This document shows positions 1 to 12,100 of a stretch of 64,000 nucleotides of DNA, in pieces. Position 1 is the first letter of the stretch; each line of letters begins with the position of its first letter. Source of the stretch: Trypanosoma brucei (taxonomy: Eukaryota). Below the pieces are notes generated by a model that was not told the origin of the DNA, ran no database searches, and saw nothing but the letters and a program-made list of their open reading frames with translations. Where the stretch lies: positions 544,001-608,000 of the forward strand of contig AL929603.2 in NCBI GenBank assembly GCA_000002445.1, read 5' to 3'. The position numbers were made by a program, and so were the translations under genes.

Positions 1-1768
1 TTCTTTCTTTTTCTTTTTTTTCATTCATATGCGTCCTTTCGGCCATCACCCCACACTCCCTCTTACTGTTTATATGTAGGCCCTACCTTTTACCTTTCTG
101 TTTTGTTTTCTCTGTTTCTGTTTCTGCTTCCGCTCCCCTTCTTTTTCTTTTTATTTTGTTTGTTCGATTGTTCTCCCACCCGTTCCTTTGCATCTTCCCA
201 CATATTATTCTTGACCTTTTTTTTTGTTTTTAATTTGTTTTTGTTTTTTACTTAATTTCTACTTTCATATTGTTTCCTCCCTTCCTCTAAATAGGGATGA
301 AGAGGGTTTGCTGAGGGGCTTCCCTCTTTCCTTTTTTCTTTTTTTTTTTCATATTTTTATTTCACATCTCTGTTTCATATTTGTTTTTCTTTTTTTCAAT
401 TTGCAAAACAATAAAAATAAAAAATAAAATAAAGGAGTGGAGGTGGAGGTGGAGGGACTTTCCTCTTACTTCTATTTCTACTCCCTTCCGATTTGTATTG
501 TTTTCTCTTGCATTGACAACAGCACCAAACGCAACAATGACAGATATATCTGCATAAATGATGTAGACATATTCACACGAATACAATATAAATGTAATGT
601 AACGTAATAATGGCGTTAATAATTATAATGGTAAAAAAAGGATGAAAAAGGAAGGAAAGGAAATATGTATATATATATATATATAAAGGAATATATTTAT
701 TTGTATTGGGTATGTTTTAGTTAAATGATATATTGTTGAATTTAGTAAATGGTATAAGTATCTATGTATGAATATATTAGATGTACAAATGAAAAGTTAG
801 TGGATCTTTCTTTTCCTTTCTCTCGCTCACACGGTGATGCGGAAGATGGATTTTTAAAAATATATATACGGAAGGAAAAAGAGGAAAAGGGTGCATTTGT
901 ATTGATGCGTTTGTTATATTTTCAATAGTAACCTTATTATATTACTGTTAACATTAATAATATTGTTACGGTTATTATCATTCATATTCTAGTTGGGAAA
1001 TGCATTGGTTTCTGTGGGAACAGAAATGGGTGGGAAGCGAATTTTTGTTTGTGTTTATTATTATTATTAATTTATTTCCTTTTCTTTATATCTGCCGTTA
1101 TCTCTGTGTGCTTGTGTTTGCATTTGTAAGCTCACTTCACTCTGTCACGTGTTCGTTGCGTATACATAATTTTTTTTGTATTTTACACGTGACAGAGTCG
1201 ACACAAATGTGCCAGGTGCGTTTTCTTCCGTTTTTTTTTCCTTTCTTCATCATATGTTTACACAAATGTATATTATTATTTTTATTATTGCTGCTGTTGT
1301 AATTATTATCACTTTTTTATTATTTTATTATTTTATTATTTTGTTTGTTTTGTTCAACTGAAGAGAAGAGAAAAACAACAGAAGGTTTTTGTGTTTTTTG
1401 TTTGAAAAGGACGAAACACAAAAGTGATTTTTTTTTTTGACGAGGGGGGAGGGGAGGGGCATGCATGTGACGGATTTGAAGGAGTACAAAAAGAAAGAGG
1501 AGAGGAAGAGGAGGAAGAAACATATAAAAATGGAATGGAAAGAATTCGGTGAAGGCGCCAACTCAAAAGAAATTCAAAAAAAAAACAAGGCAAGGCAAGG
1601 CAAGAGGAAATTGAAAAAAAAAATTAAAAGAGGAAAGAAAATAGCACCAAAAAGGAATTTAAAATGAAACGGAAGCTGGGAGAAGGAAACGGGAAGCGGA
1701 GGCGGAGGAACAACATTTGTTTTCCCGTAAAGGGAAGAAATGAAGAGTATTCGTTTCTTCTTTTTTTT

Positions 1769-1800
<32 letters not shown>

Positions 1801-2234
1801 CTTTTTTTTTTTCTTAACTTCCCTTCTTCATCTCTTAGAAGCAACCCTGTGAGAGTAAAGAGGTTGGTGTGCATTAGGAGCTACATGTACTGTTAGCAGG
1901 CCACTTTCCATCAAAATAAATCAAACAAACAAACAAAAAGGAAAGTAATAAATTACCGATCGACACGAATTGCGTTTCACCTCTGCTCTTTTTTCAATCC
2001 TCATGTATGTTTGCTCCTATATGTATTTATATATTTATATTCTCTAATTGTTATTGTTACTGTCACTGTTTCGTTTGGGTTTTAAATTTTTTCTAATCAA
2101 ACATACCAACTTAAAATCAAGAGTAAAAGAGAAGATATTCATACCAGCGAACGTACACTTAGAAGCAACAGCAGCAGCAACGACAACAACAACAACAACT
2201 TACAACAACTTACAAAGGAAAAAAAAAAATAAAG

Positions 2235-2657
2235 ATGGGTCTATTTCTGAGCAAACAAGGTGAAGGCCAACTCCTTGCCGAGCCCACCATGCAAAGCACA
2301 ATTCAAGTTCCTCTCTTCAATGGCTTGTTGTATCGTCTTGTGGATGAAGCTGACGGTACCATTGGTTTCTTTAACAACTCAAAGGATTATGAGTTTCATG
2401 TGACATATCTTTTCAGCGCAAACAGCCTCATTGAACCATTGGATAAAGCCACAGCTGCACAGCAGGATGATGGAATTCTCTGCGAGGTCACCATTTACCC
2501 ACTTGAGACGCAACGTTTCGTTAAGGGAGAAATTACCGGATATGAAAGTAAAATTGATGCCTTGTTGCTTTCTGATGATTACTTCCGGTTAAATGAGGAC
2601 CGTAACCCGGAGAGATATTTCCGTCACACCGGTCCCTTCAAGGCGACATCGTTTTAA
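2235..2657 (+). CDS. Small calpain-related protein (calpain domain-I-only, SKCRP-like), 140 aa. N-terminal MGLFLSK may be myristoylated at Gly2; there is no Cys3.
   Basis: ORF with codon-biased GC-rich body inside AT-rich spacer. Paralogous to the ORFs at 4865, 18244 and 20977, sharing an FNGLLYRL / NGLLFR motif. The T. brucei SKCRP family is known to cluster on chr1. Confidence 0.55.
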   Translation: MGLFLSKQGEGQLLAEPTMQSTIQVPLFNGLLYRLVDEADGTIGFFNNSKDYEFHVTYLFSANSLIEPLDKATAAQQDDGILCEVTIYPLETQRFVKGEITGYESKIDALLLSDDYFRLNEDRNPERYFRHTGPFKATSF

Positions 2658-3369
2658 TTTTATGTGTTATTTTGTTTTTGTTTTTATTTTTTTTTTCCCC
2701 CATTACTTTACTTTACTTTATGCCCCTCTTTCTTTACGTGTTTCGTTGTGTTGTTACACTCATTCCGCGGGTACGGTTGCGCGTTTATGCATAAGGAGGG
2801 TTCAGCGGAAATCGAGCACAAAAAGAAAAAAGAAAAAAGAAAAGAAAAGAAAAGAGAAAAAAAAACGAAGTGAAGATGAAAATGAAAATGAAAACAAAAA
2901 ATATGAAAAGATGAGGGAAGAGAGAGTGAGGTAAGGGGCAGAGTGAAGGAGTTAAATGTGTGAATGGTGGCTTGTGTGGTTATTGTTAAGTGTTGTTCTC
3001 ATGAAAAGAAAAGGAAGGTACTTTTTTTTTTTAAAAAAAAAGAAAGAATAATAATAATAAGTCGCACGCACTCGCACATTCCTCCACGTCGCCTTTTTTT
3101 TTTCTTTGCTCTTTTTAAAGACCATCTCCCACTTCTGCTACCGTCTCTCTCTCTCTTCTTTCCCATAGTTTAACTGCGCAAACAAATATTTGTTTATTCG
3201 AATATTTATATGTATTCCTTTCTTGTTTCTCTGTGTGTCTGCTCATTCAGGTGTGGAACATTGTCTAGTGACATTCTTCTCGGCATCTGCCTCTAGTTAT
3301 TTATTTAATGATATGTATTCTCAGCTTTTTTTTGTGTGTGTGTGTGTTTATTTGCTTCTTTACTTTTCC

Positions 3370-3374
<5 letters not shown>

Positions 3375-3400
<26 letters not shown>
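3375..3400. repeat. (AT)13 microsatellite.
   Basis: Direct read. Confidence 0.9.
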
Positions 3401-3415
<15 letters not shown>

Positions 3416-4864
3416 TATATTTATATTTAAATATACTTTTTTGTTGTATGTGTATTTTTTTTTGTTGATTTATTTGAGTTTCCGCCTCCGTCATTGTTTT
3501 GTTTTGTTTTTATCCTCAAATTTTACACACAGTTATTCAGCTCATTCACAATACAATACAGTACAATACAGTGGAAAGGCGGAGTGGAGAAAGAAAGAAA
3601 GAAAGAAAATCTGTGTAACGTACGTAACTTCCCGCTGCTGCAACTGAGCGCTATTTGATTCTTTTCTTTTTTTTCTTTTCCGTTTTTACTACTATTTTTT
3701 TTTAAATTTTTACACCGAGTTACAAATAAATAAATATATATATATATATACGTATAAATGTACAAGTAACATATGTTGGCATATGTTCATTTGTCCATTT
3801 ATTTATTTTGTACGGGACTTAAAAAGAAGAAAAGGGAAATGAACTGAAGTGAAGTGAAAGGGTGGAAAGAAGAAGAGAAGAGAAGAGAAGAGAGTTGAGA
3901 GCAAAAAAAAAGGGGGAGAGAAAAAAAAAGAACTTCATCAAAGGCGGTGTTAATTAATTTGAAGTGAAAAGAAATATCGTATGAGTTGGTGTTTGGCATT
4001 TTTATCTGCCTCTTAAGTCTTTGCTTTCCATTAAATCTCTCTTTTTTTTTTCTCCTTTTCTTTCATTTACTCTATCTCTCCCTACTTATATATATATATA
4101 TGTTTATTTGTTTATACGTATTTATTTCAATTTTATTTTTGTTTAGAGTTATTGGTGTTTTTATTTTATTTTATTTTTTGGATTTATACGCGTTCCTGAG
4201 CCTCTTTTTATGTTGTTGCTTTGTTTCAGTTATTTATTTGTACCTCCCTCGCGTCCGATAATAAATGATGACGATGACGATATGCTGTTTTCTTTATTTT
4301 TATTTTTTGTTTTACGCCTTCAGTTCCTCTTTTTCTGTTGTTTTTGTTTTTTTTGTTTTTTGTTTTTTAATTCCGTTTCGGTCGAGTACTTTTAATGTGT
4401 AAATCTCTGTTTTGTTGTCCTGTCATGTCACCTCTGTCATGACTTTGTTTTTATATTGTTTTTTGTTACTTTATTATTATTATTGTTTTTTTTTCCCATA
4501 CCATTGTCACCCCCACTAACTTTTTTTCTTTCTCTCCATTTCTTTTCTTTCTTTTAAAAATGCTGATGTTGTTTTTTTTTTTTCCCCCTTGCAATTAACA
4601 TTTTATTTGCATCTCTGATGTCTGCTTTTCATATGAATACGAAATACAAAAAATAAAAGATAAAATCAAGGCACATTGAAGCTAAACAGCGAGAAATTAA
4701 GAGGTGAAGAAAGAAAGCAAGACATAAAGATATAAAGAAAAAGAGAAACCATCGTCTTCTGCGCAGATACATAACTTTTCTTAAATAGTTGTCAAGAAGG
4801 GAGGAAAAAAAAAAACAGCAACAGCAACAGCAACAAGAACACAAAACACACAAAAAAAAACAAA

Positions 4865-5257
4865 ATGGGTTGCATTCAGTCGACAGTCAGTTACAAAAAC
4901 GGCCAACCCAATTTCAAAGGAGCAACGGAGGTTCACAGCATGTTTAATGGACTTCTTTTCCGTCTAAGTGATACCAAAAATAAGCGATGGGCTTTTTATA
5001 ATGACTCGCCATGTTACACCATTCATGTGGCCATTCTTTTTGATTTTGATACTCAAATTCTTCCATTGGGTTCCACCACCGCCTTCCGAATTGATGAGCC
5101 CCGCCCTGGTAGAGAAGGTGACAGGGGTAAATATCTTGCAGAAGTGGATGTTCCACCGCTTTCAACAGAACTTTTTGTGGAGGGGGAAGTTACTCAATGG
5201 AATGTGGACACGCTGGAGGCCCGTACCGCAGGATCTGAAGAACAATATCGTCTATAA
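4865..5257 (+). CDS. Small calpain-related protein (SKCRP-like), 130 aa. The MGCIQS N-terminus is a dual-acylation (myristoyl-Gly2 / palmitoyl-Cys3) motif.
   Basis: Paralog of 2235, 18244 and 20977 (MFNGLLFRL motif; 'FVEGEVT' near the C-terminus). The N-terminal MGC motif is typical of the CAP5.5/SKCRP family. Confidence 0.6.
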   Translation: MGCIQSTVSYKNGQPNFKGATEVHSMFNGLLFRLSDTKNKRWAFYNDSPCYTIHVAILFDFDTQILPLGSTTAFRIDEPRPGREGDRGKYLAEVDVPPLSTELFVEGEVTQWNVDTLEARTAGSEEQYRL

Positions 5258-6738
5258 AATGAAAAAATATATATATAAAGAATATTTAAAAAAAAAAATA
5301 ATAATGATAATATAATGATGATGATGATGATGATGATGATGATAAAGAGAAAGAGAAAGAGAAAGGGAAAAGAAAAAGAGAGATTAAAAAAAAAAAAAGA
5401 ACATCCAATGAAATGTGTGTAAGAAGAAGAGGAAAAGGGGAGGAAAACAATGACAAACAAACAAACAAAAAAGGATGGGTTTTATTTTTTCAAAAAAAAA
5501 TCAACACATATATGTATCTATATCTATATCTATATATATATATATATATATAAAGTGGTGTAATGCATACGTTTATATGATACAATGTGTGATATATTTG
5601 TTTTATTTATTGATATGTTTATTTGTGCATAGGGAAAGAAAGGGAGGGAGTATGTACGTTGACAAAATAGGTAGAGTTATGGTGTATCCATTTATGTATC
5701 TACGTATTTATTTATTTTTTCCCCCCTTTCTCTCTGTAGTTTGGAGGGAACAAAATAAAACAAATTTAAGAGCAAAGCAAAGCAAAGCAAAATAATATAA
5801 TATAATATAGAGAGAGAAAGAAAGCAAATGAGGGAGGGATGAAGTTTCCCTGATGCAAGGTAATACAGCTTTGGATTTGTTATTTATTATCTGATTTATT
5901 TATTTATTCATGTTGTTTATTTGTTTATTTGTTTGTTTGTTTTCTTACGTATTTTGTTTGCAAGTTTGATTTATTTAGTGATTTATTGATTTATTTTATT
6001 CTGCTGGAGTTTGACCACATGATTATATGTGTCATTAATCTCCCCTCCCCCCCCCCCAAAAAAAAAAAAGAAAGAAAATAACTATTGTTATCCATTGTTT
6101 GTTTGTTTGTTTGTTTGTGCGGACGTATGTGGTATGTGTATGAGTGTGTGTAAAAGGGTATTGACGGAGTGTAAATAAATGAGAAAAAAAAAAGAAAAGA
6201 AAAGAAAAGGAAAGGAGTGAAATAATGACGGCATTATTGTCGTAGTAGGAGTGGTAGTAATAATAATAATGATAATAATAACAAATAATAATGATGATAA
6301 TAATATTATTATTATTAATAGCAATCCCCATACTAATACCAATGCCAATACCAATTATTGTTACCATTATTGCTATTGCCGTCGTTTTTGTTACAATTAT
6401 TATCACCGCCATGAAACAGCTCCCAAAAAAAAAAACGAGGAGGAGGGGGAAAAAAAAAAGAAAGGGAAGATATTAGTTTTATGGCAGTTGTGTCTTTCAT
6501 TTTTTCTGCTTCTTTAGATGCCTTACTGAAATGAGTTGCATGCATGTGTTATCGCTATTATTATTTGTTATTTGTTATTTATTATTGCCATCGTTACCGG
6601 TCCACAGCGTTTCTCTGCAAACTTCAAACGCAAACACGCCAAACTTTGCATTGACGTGGTCACTCCTTACTTGTGCTTCTTTATTTTATTTTTCTCATTA
6701 TACCTCCACTTATCTACATCTATATCTATATCTAAGTG

Positions 6739-6780
<42 letters not shown>
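6739..6780. repeat. Compound (TA)10(TG)11 microsatellite.
   Basis: Direct read. Confidence 0.9.
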
Positions 6781-9181
6781 CGTTTCTGTATTATGTAACT
6801 CCATACGTAGTTTTTGTTTCTGTTTTTTTTTTGTTTTTTGAGGGTGTAACTCATCCCCGTACACTTATACACGTTTCCTTTCTATTATATATAAATGAAT
6901 ATATATATATATATATATATGTGGGTAATATACGAAACCTTTCTCTCGACTTATTTCTTTCTACTGTCATTGTTGTCTATTTACGCGAACGCCTATTTAG
7001 CCTCCCTATTTCCATTAAATAAGTATTTATATTTATAGTATTTATTTACGTTTTGTTTGTTTCTATTCCTTTCCTTTCTTTTTTCTTTTTTAACTGTTAT
7101 TATTATTGTTATTTTTATTTTTCCATTCTTGTATCTCGTGTGAGTGGCTTAACTTCGTATGGGTACTTGCAAAAAGAAAGGTATCGCCTCCATACAAACG
7201 CAAACGCAAACGCACGTCTTCCTTTTCTTTCTCATTTATTTACTTTTATTTTTATTTTTTGCCCCCCCCCGTGCAGTTTTGTTTTGTGTGTTTGTGCCTG
7301 CATTTTGTTACAGCATGATGTCACCATTATTTCCTCAGTGCATGAGATACTGAAGCGAAACAAAAACAAAAGAAAAAGAAAAAAGTGAACTGAAGAAAAA
7401 GAAAATAAAATAAGAGATAAAAGAAAAGAAGAAGGATATATATATATGTGTGTGTGTGTATGTGTGTGTCTGTTTTTGTTTGGAGGTGATACTTTTCACT
7501 CATTAAATGTATTTAAGTTTGTATGGGATTTAGTTACCGTAGGAGAAAGTGTGGTTTCCAGCTCGTAATTTCGACTCATATGATTACCACCATTGTTATT
7601 AATACTCTTATCATTATTATAACCTACCCATCGTGGCGTATTGTTTGCGCTTTCTCGGTACTGTGTTGGTGAATTTATTGTTTCTGTGTTACTTAACCTC
7701 AACTTTTCTTTTTTCTTCCTTCTCTTTCTTTCTTTCTCTTTCTCTCTCTCTCTCTTACCTCCTTTTTTTTTTTTTTGGAAGGTCTCTCTTTCACTTCCCT
7801 CCTTCAAGTTTCCCCTCTCTTCCCTTAAATTCCACACGTCCGTGTGTTCATTTATTTCTCTCGCGGAGCATTGGCGCCTCGCAGTGCGTCCGTAACTTTG
7901 CGTGGTGCTGCGTGTAAAACGCAATCGCTCACCCTCAAGGAGAGTAATAATAATAATAATTAAAATAATTAAAAAAAAAGAAAAAGAACAACAGGAACAG
8001 GAGCAAGAGCAAGAGCAATAAGATCAACAACAATAGGAAAGAGAGGGAGAGGAAACATCATACGAGGAAGAGAAGAAGGGGGAACTAACCAAAGCGAAAC
8101 AAAAAGATAAAAAAAAGAAGAGAGAAGAGAAGAGAAGAGAAACAAAACCAAACAAAACAAAACAAAACAAAACAAGTAAGAAAGTAAGAACGGTTGTGAG
8201 CCTCAGTGAAGAAGGAATTATCACATCACTTTGAAGTGCATTAGGGGTATACGTTTAATAAGAATATAAGTATTAATTTATTTATATTTTGGTGCGGCGG
8301 AGAGATTAAACGGGGAGGGAAAGTAAAGTGCACTTCTCGTTTGCGTCTCTGTGTTTGAGCGGAAATAGGAGGCAAAAGGCAGACAGAAGCAAAGAAAGAA
8401 AAAAAAAAGAACAACAAAACAACAAACCTAAAACAGTCTGCGAGCCAGAGAAAATTTACGTAGCTTCGTTATTGTTGGGTTTCCATAGGGAAGACAGAAA
8501 GAAAGAGCTTCAAGAAAGCTAATAGGAAACAAAAAGTGAAGGGGTGGAAACTGTTCACGTATACAGAAATAAATAAATAAATATATATATAAGGCGCGGT
8601 GACCTTTTTTTTTCTTTTTTGAAGAAAGAGGAAGCGCGACGCGAGGTGTCTGTGACGAGGGATCGAAAACGTGGCGAGGGGAATTATTGAGACGCGTGCC
8701 GCAAGTGGACGGGAAAATATAGCGGCGGTTGAAAAAGAAGTAAAAAAAAAAGAAAAGAGAGGAAAATAGACGGGGAAAGGAGAGAGCAACAACCATTCGG
8801 CCTCTGTCGTAAGCCGCTTTGCGTGTGCGGTGGAAGGGAGAGAATTTCCTTTTTCTCTTACCTTGCCAACCCACACGCTGCGTGTATCGAATCTGAATCT
8901 TCTGTTTGGCGAAATCATTGTTGTTTTTTGTTTTTAGCATTTGCTGCTTTTGTTTCCTTTTCTCTTGACAGATTTGACTGGCGCGGACGCTGACGTCCAC
9001 ACGGTTGAGAGGGGGGAAAAAAATCGTATATTGCCTCTTCTGTTTGGCTTTGTTTTTGTTTTTGGTTTTCTTTTTCTTTTTTTTTTTCTGTGGCACGAGA
9101 AACTCTCTGAACGGGTGTGTGAACGTGTTTGTGTGAACGTGTTTGTGTGTGTGTGTGTGTGTGTGACCGTGTGAAGTCGGT

Positions 9182-12100
9182 GTGCCGTGTTGTTTACTCC
9201 CCTCACGGCGATTTGAGCCGTTGCGGTCAATGAACTTTTGGACAGTGCCGTCAGTTGATGATATTCCACCAAATGTGTCTTCTGGAACCGATCTGGAACC
9301 ACGCACGGCTGTAGAAGTGGAGGCGGTGGAGCGTCGGCGCTGGTTGCGACTTGTGCAGGAGGCTTGGCTTCGCCGTGGCCGCCGCGTGCCGCTTTCGGAA
9401 CGGGAACCTCCGGCGGGCGGCATAGCGGCAGAAGCTGCGGTTGTGCCGGCAGCGACAACTGCGGTAGTGGTGAGTATTAACATTAACCCCCTGCTTTGGG
9501 GAGAGGAAGGAGATGGAAATCAAGAGGAAAACTCCATTCAGGCGTTGGATGCGCCTTATGTTTTCGGCTGGCGGTCACTGGGACTTCTCCCTGGTGACAG
9601 TTTCAACATATTGGGAGAATTGGGAAAGCAACTGGAACGCCGGTACCAGGCCTTATCAAAGCGCTCGCTGATGGTTAAACACTGCCATAATACTGAAGTG
9701 AGCCGGTTGCATCGGGGTCTCATGCAGTGCCGAGAACGTGCCGGGGGACGTGGAAAGGTAATTTTTCATTACGGTGGCTACGGTGTACCGCGACCGCAGT
9801 CGGGATTAATATACCTGATGGAGCCATCTGGCAGTGCTGTGAAGTGTCGCACCAGGACGCTCTTCGAGAAGGTCGGATTGCCGCTGGTTGTGGTGGCTGA
9901 TTGTCCAAACGCTAGCGAACTTTTAAGGAATTTCCTTCGCTGCCAGAGTTCGCCCAAACCGGAGCACAACACGGGGAGTGATGCCGAAGGTGACACTTCG
10001 TTTGCACAAGGACCTCCAGATGCGGACCGCCCCACGCTGCGGGTGCCCCATGAGGGTACGGCAGGTGTATCATCATTTGATGCTGGTAGTGAAGAAACTT
10101 GCGCCACTTCGTCCGTGCTGAGTGATTTTTTCTTCCTTGGTGCTACGTTTTCAGGGGAGTTGCCCCAGCACCCAAAGCTGCCCTCAGATATACTCACCTC
10201 GTGTCTTATGACACCGTTACAGATGGCACTGCTGTGGTTTATGGTTGAGAACGATTCCCTAACAGATATTCACCCGCTTTTGCCTTTCCTTATACCTGGG
10301 GCACTGGATGACAAGAAGACGCCACTTGGTCAGCTTCATTGGGCGACTATGGCCATAATGGAGTGCATTGCTTGGTCTTCTCTTCCGTACAAAACGTTTG
10401 TGCACTTATTTCGTGAAGATGTTGTCGTCGCTCCGTTATTTCGTGGATTCTTGCTTGCGGAACGCATCATCACAGCCCTGGGTGGTGAGGTTTGTGTTTA
10501 TCCACCGCTCCCGCATATGGGAAACCATCCACAATGGGATTCGTTGGATTGCATTATTGGCAGAACTTTTGTCTCCTTGAAGCGAGCAGTTCAGCCAGCT
10601 CCTCCCACCTCACTGACAACGTTGGAGTTTCGCGAGTGGCTCGACTGGAACGTCACTAAGTGGCGATGCGAGCAGCGTTCCATGTCGCTTCCATCACTTG
10701 GTAACCGTCCTGTCACTGTGCCTGATTTCCTTGAGGAGGAGCTGCGCTGCTTGATGGCTGTGGCGGAGCGGGTAACGGAGCAGAGCTTGTTCCACTGCGG
10801 GGGCATTGCCTGGCATCAGTGTAGACGGCCGGGACATATCGGACCGCACAGGACTGGGCCACGGAAGGTGAGTATTTACAGAGGTATGGGGGAGGAAGCG
10901 GCAGTTGACCCTCTTCTCGCATGCAGCACAGGCTCAAATGATCTCAGTGGTTGTGGGTGTTCCGGAGGTGCATTCATGAGGCCCTTCCCTTCTGTCGCCG
11001 GGTTGCCCATGTTGCTGCAGGGTTTGCTTGTGGTGGCACACCGTGATGAAGCTATGAAGGTCCTCTGCCGTTTCATTGATGCCGGACTTTCGGCCGCGGC
11101 GGCATGCGCAAAAGTTGGAATATTCGACATGGCGTTAGCGCGTTTTTGGAGCCGGAGTGATCTGCAGCATTTGCTACCTTCTATGTTATTTGTGTACGCC
11201 AAGGCATGCTATGCGGACCCATCGCTTGCAGGACTGGCGTGGGCACAGCGAAGCGCCGTAACGACGAGTTGCCTGAAGGCGTTGGAAAGACCCTTCAGCC
11301 TGCCTAGTGACCCTCCTGCTGGGCCTGGTCTGTGGCAGTGCAAGGAACTCGGTTATTGGCTGGAGTCTGAAGGCCAGCGTGTGCTCTCTTCAGCCATACT
11401 ATCCATGACCAGCTTCTCATTTGACCAAGACAGGAAGTATCTTCTTGAGAGTGGCGCACTCAATCTTTGCAGCGAACTTCTGCGAGATGCCAGCGTCAGG
11501 GTGCCGTTGTTGCAGCGGGGGTCTGCTGAAGTGTACATCAATCAGTCAAGGGGGAGCCGCGTCCAACATCATTTCGTAGCAACCACCGACGCTTACGCGG
11601 CAAGATTAACAACCTCTATCACTTCTCTTCTCGCGTTGTTCGTGGCATTGACGTGGAAGGCAAGTGCACTTGAGCCTGGCGCTGCGAGACCAATCAATGC
11701 TGGGACCGAAGGAGCGCTGACGAACGGCAGTGGAGGCGAACAGAAGTTGGGGTTGGAAGAGTTAGCATCCCCTTTAAAGACGCTGCACCTCCTTTCGTGG
11801 GCATCTTCATCTATTATACGTGGAGCGGCTCTTAAAGCCATATCTGTGACTATGTCGTCCAGTTGTACGGACGAAGCGACATCGTTACGATGTATTCACA
11901 TTATTGTTGAATGTGCCAACGTGCTTGTTGCTCCTCGTGAGGGGAATATGAGCAACCGAATCGATCTTGTCGATATTGTCTTTCTTTCTATACGGTGGCT
12001 GGTGCGATACTTGTCTGCTCACATGCCAATGGAAACCGTGCGGGCTTCCGTTCAGTGCGCCTCCGAAAAAATATATCGCGCTTCAGAAGCGGGTGAGGGT

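Noticed and set aside
1-2200. Numerous 60-100-aa ORFs on both strands in the AT/pyrimidine-rich regions (e.g. 1000-1302, 1437-1667, 3190-3647, 15013-15534, 21978-22436).
   Set aside because: Homopolymeric and low-complexity translations (poly-F/L/K/E) from microsatellite-rich spacer. No codon bias or motifs.
8428-9483. 351-aa minus-strand ORF overlapping the Raptor-like gene start and its GC-rich leader.
   Set aside because: Low-complexity composition (poly-K, poly-T/H runs translated from GT/GA repeats) with no domain resemblance. It is antisense to a well-supported + strand gene and spacer, so likely spurious.
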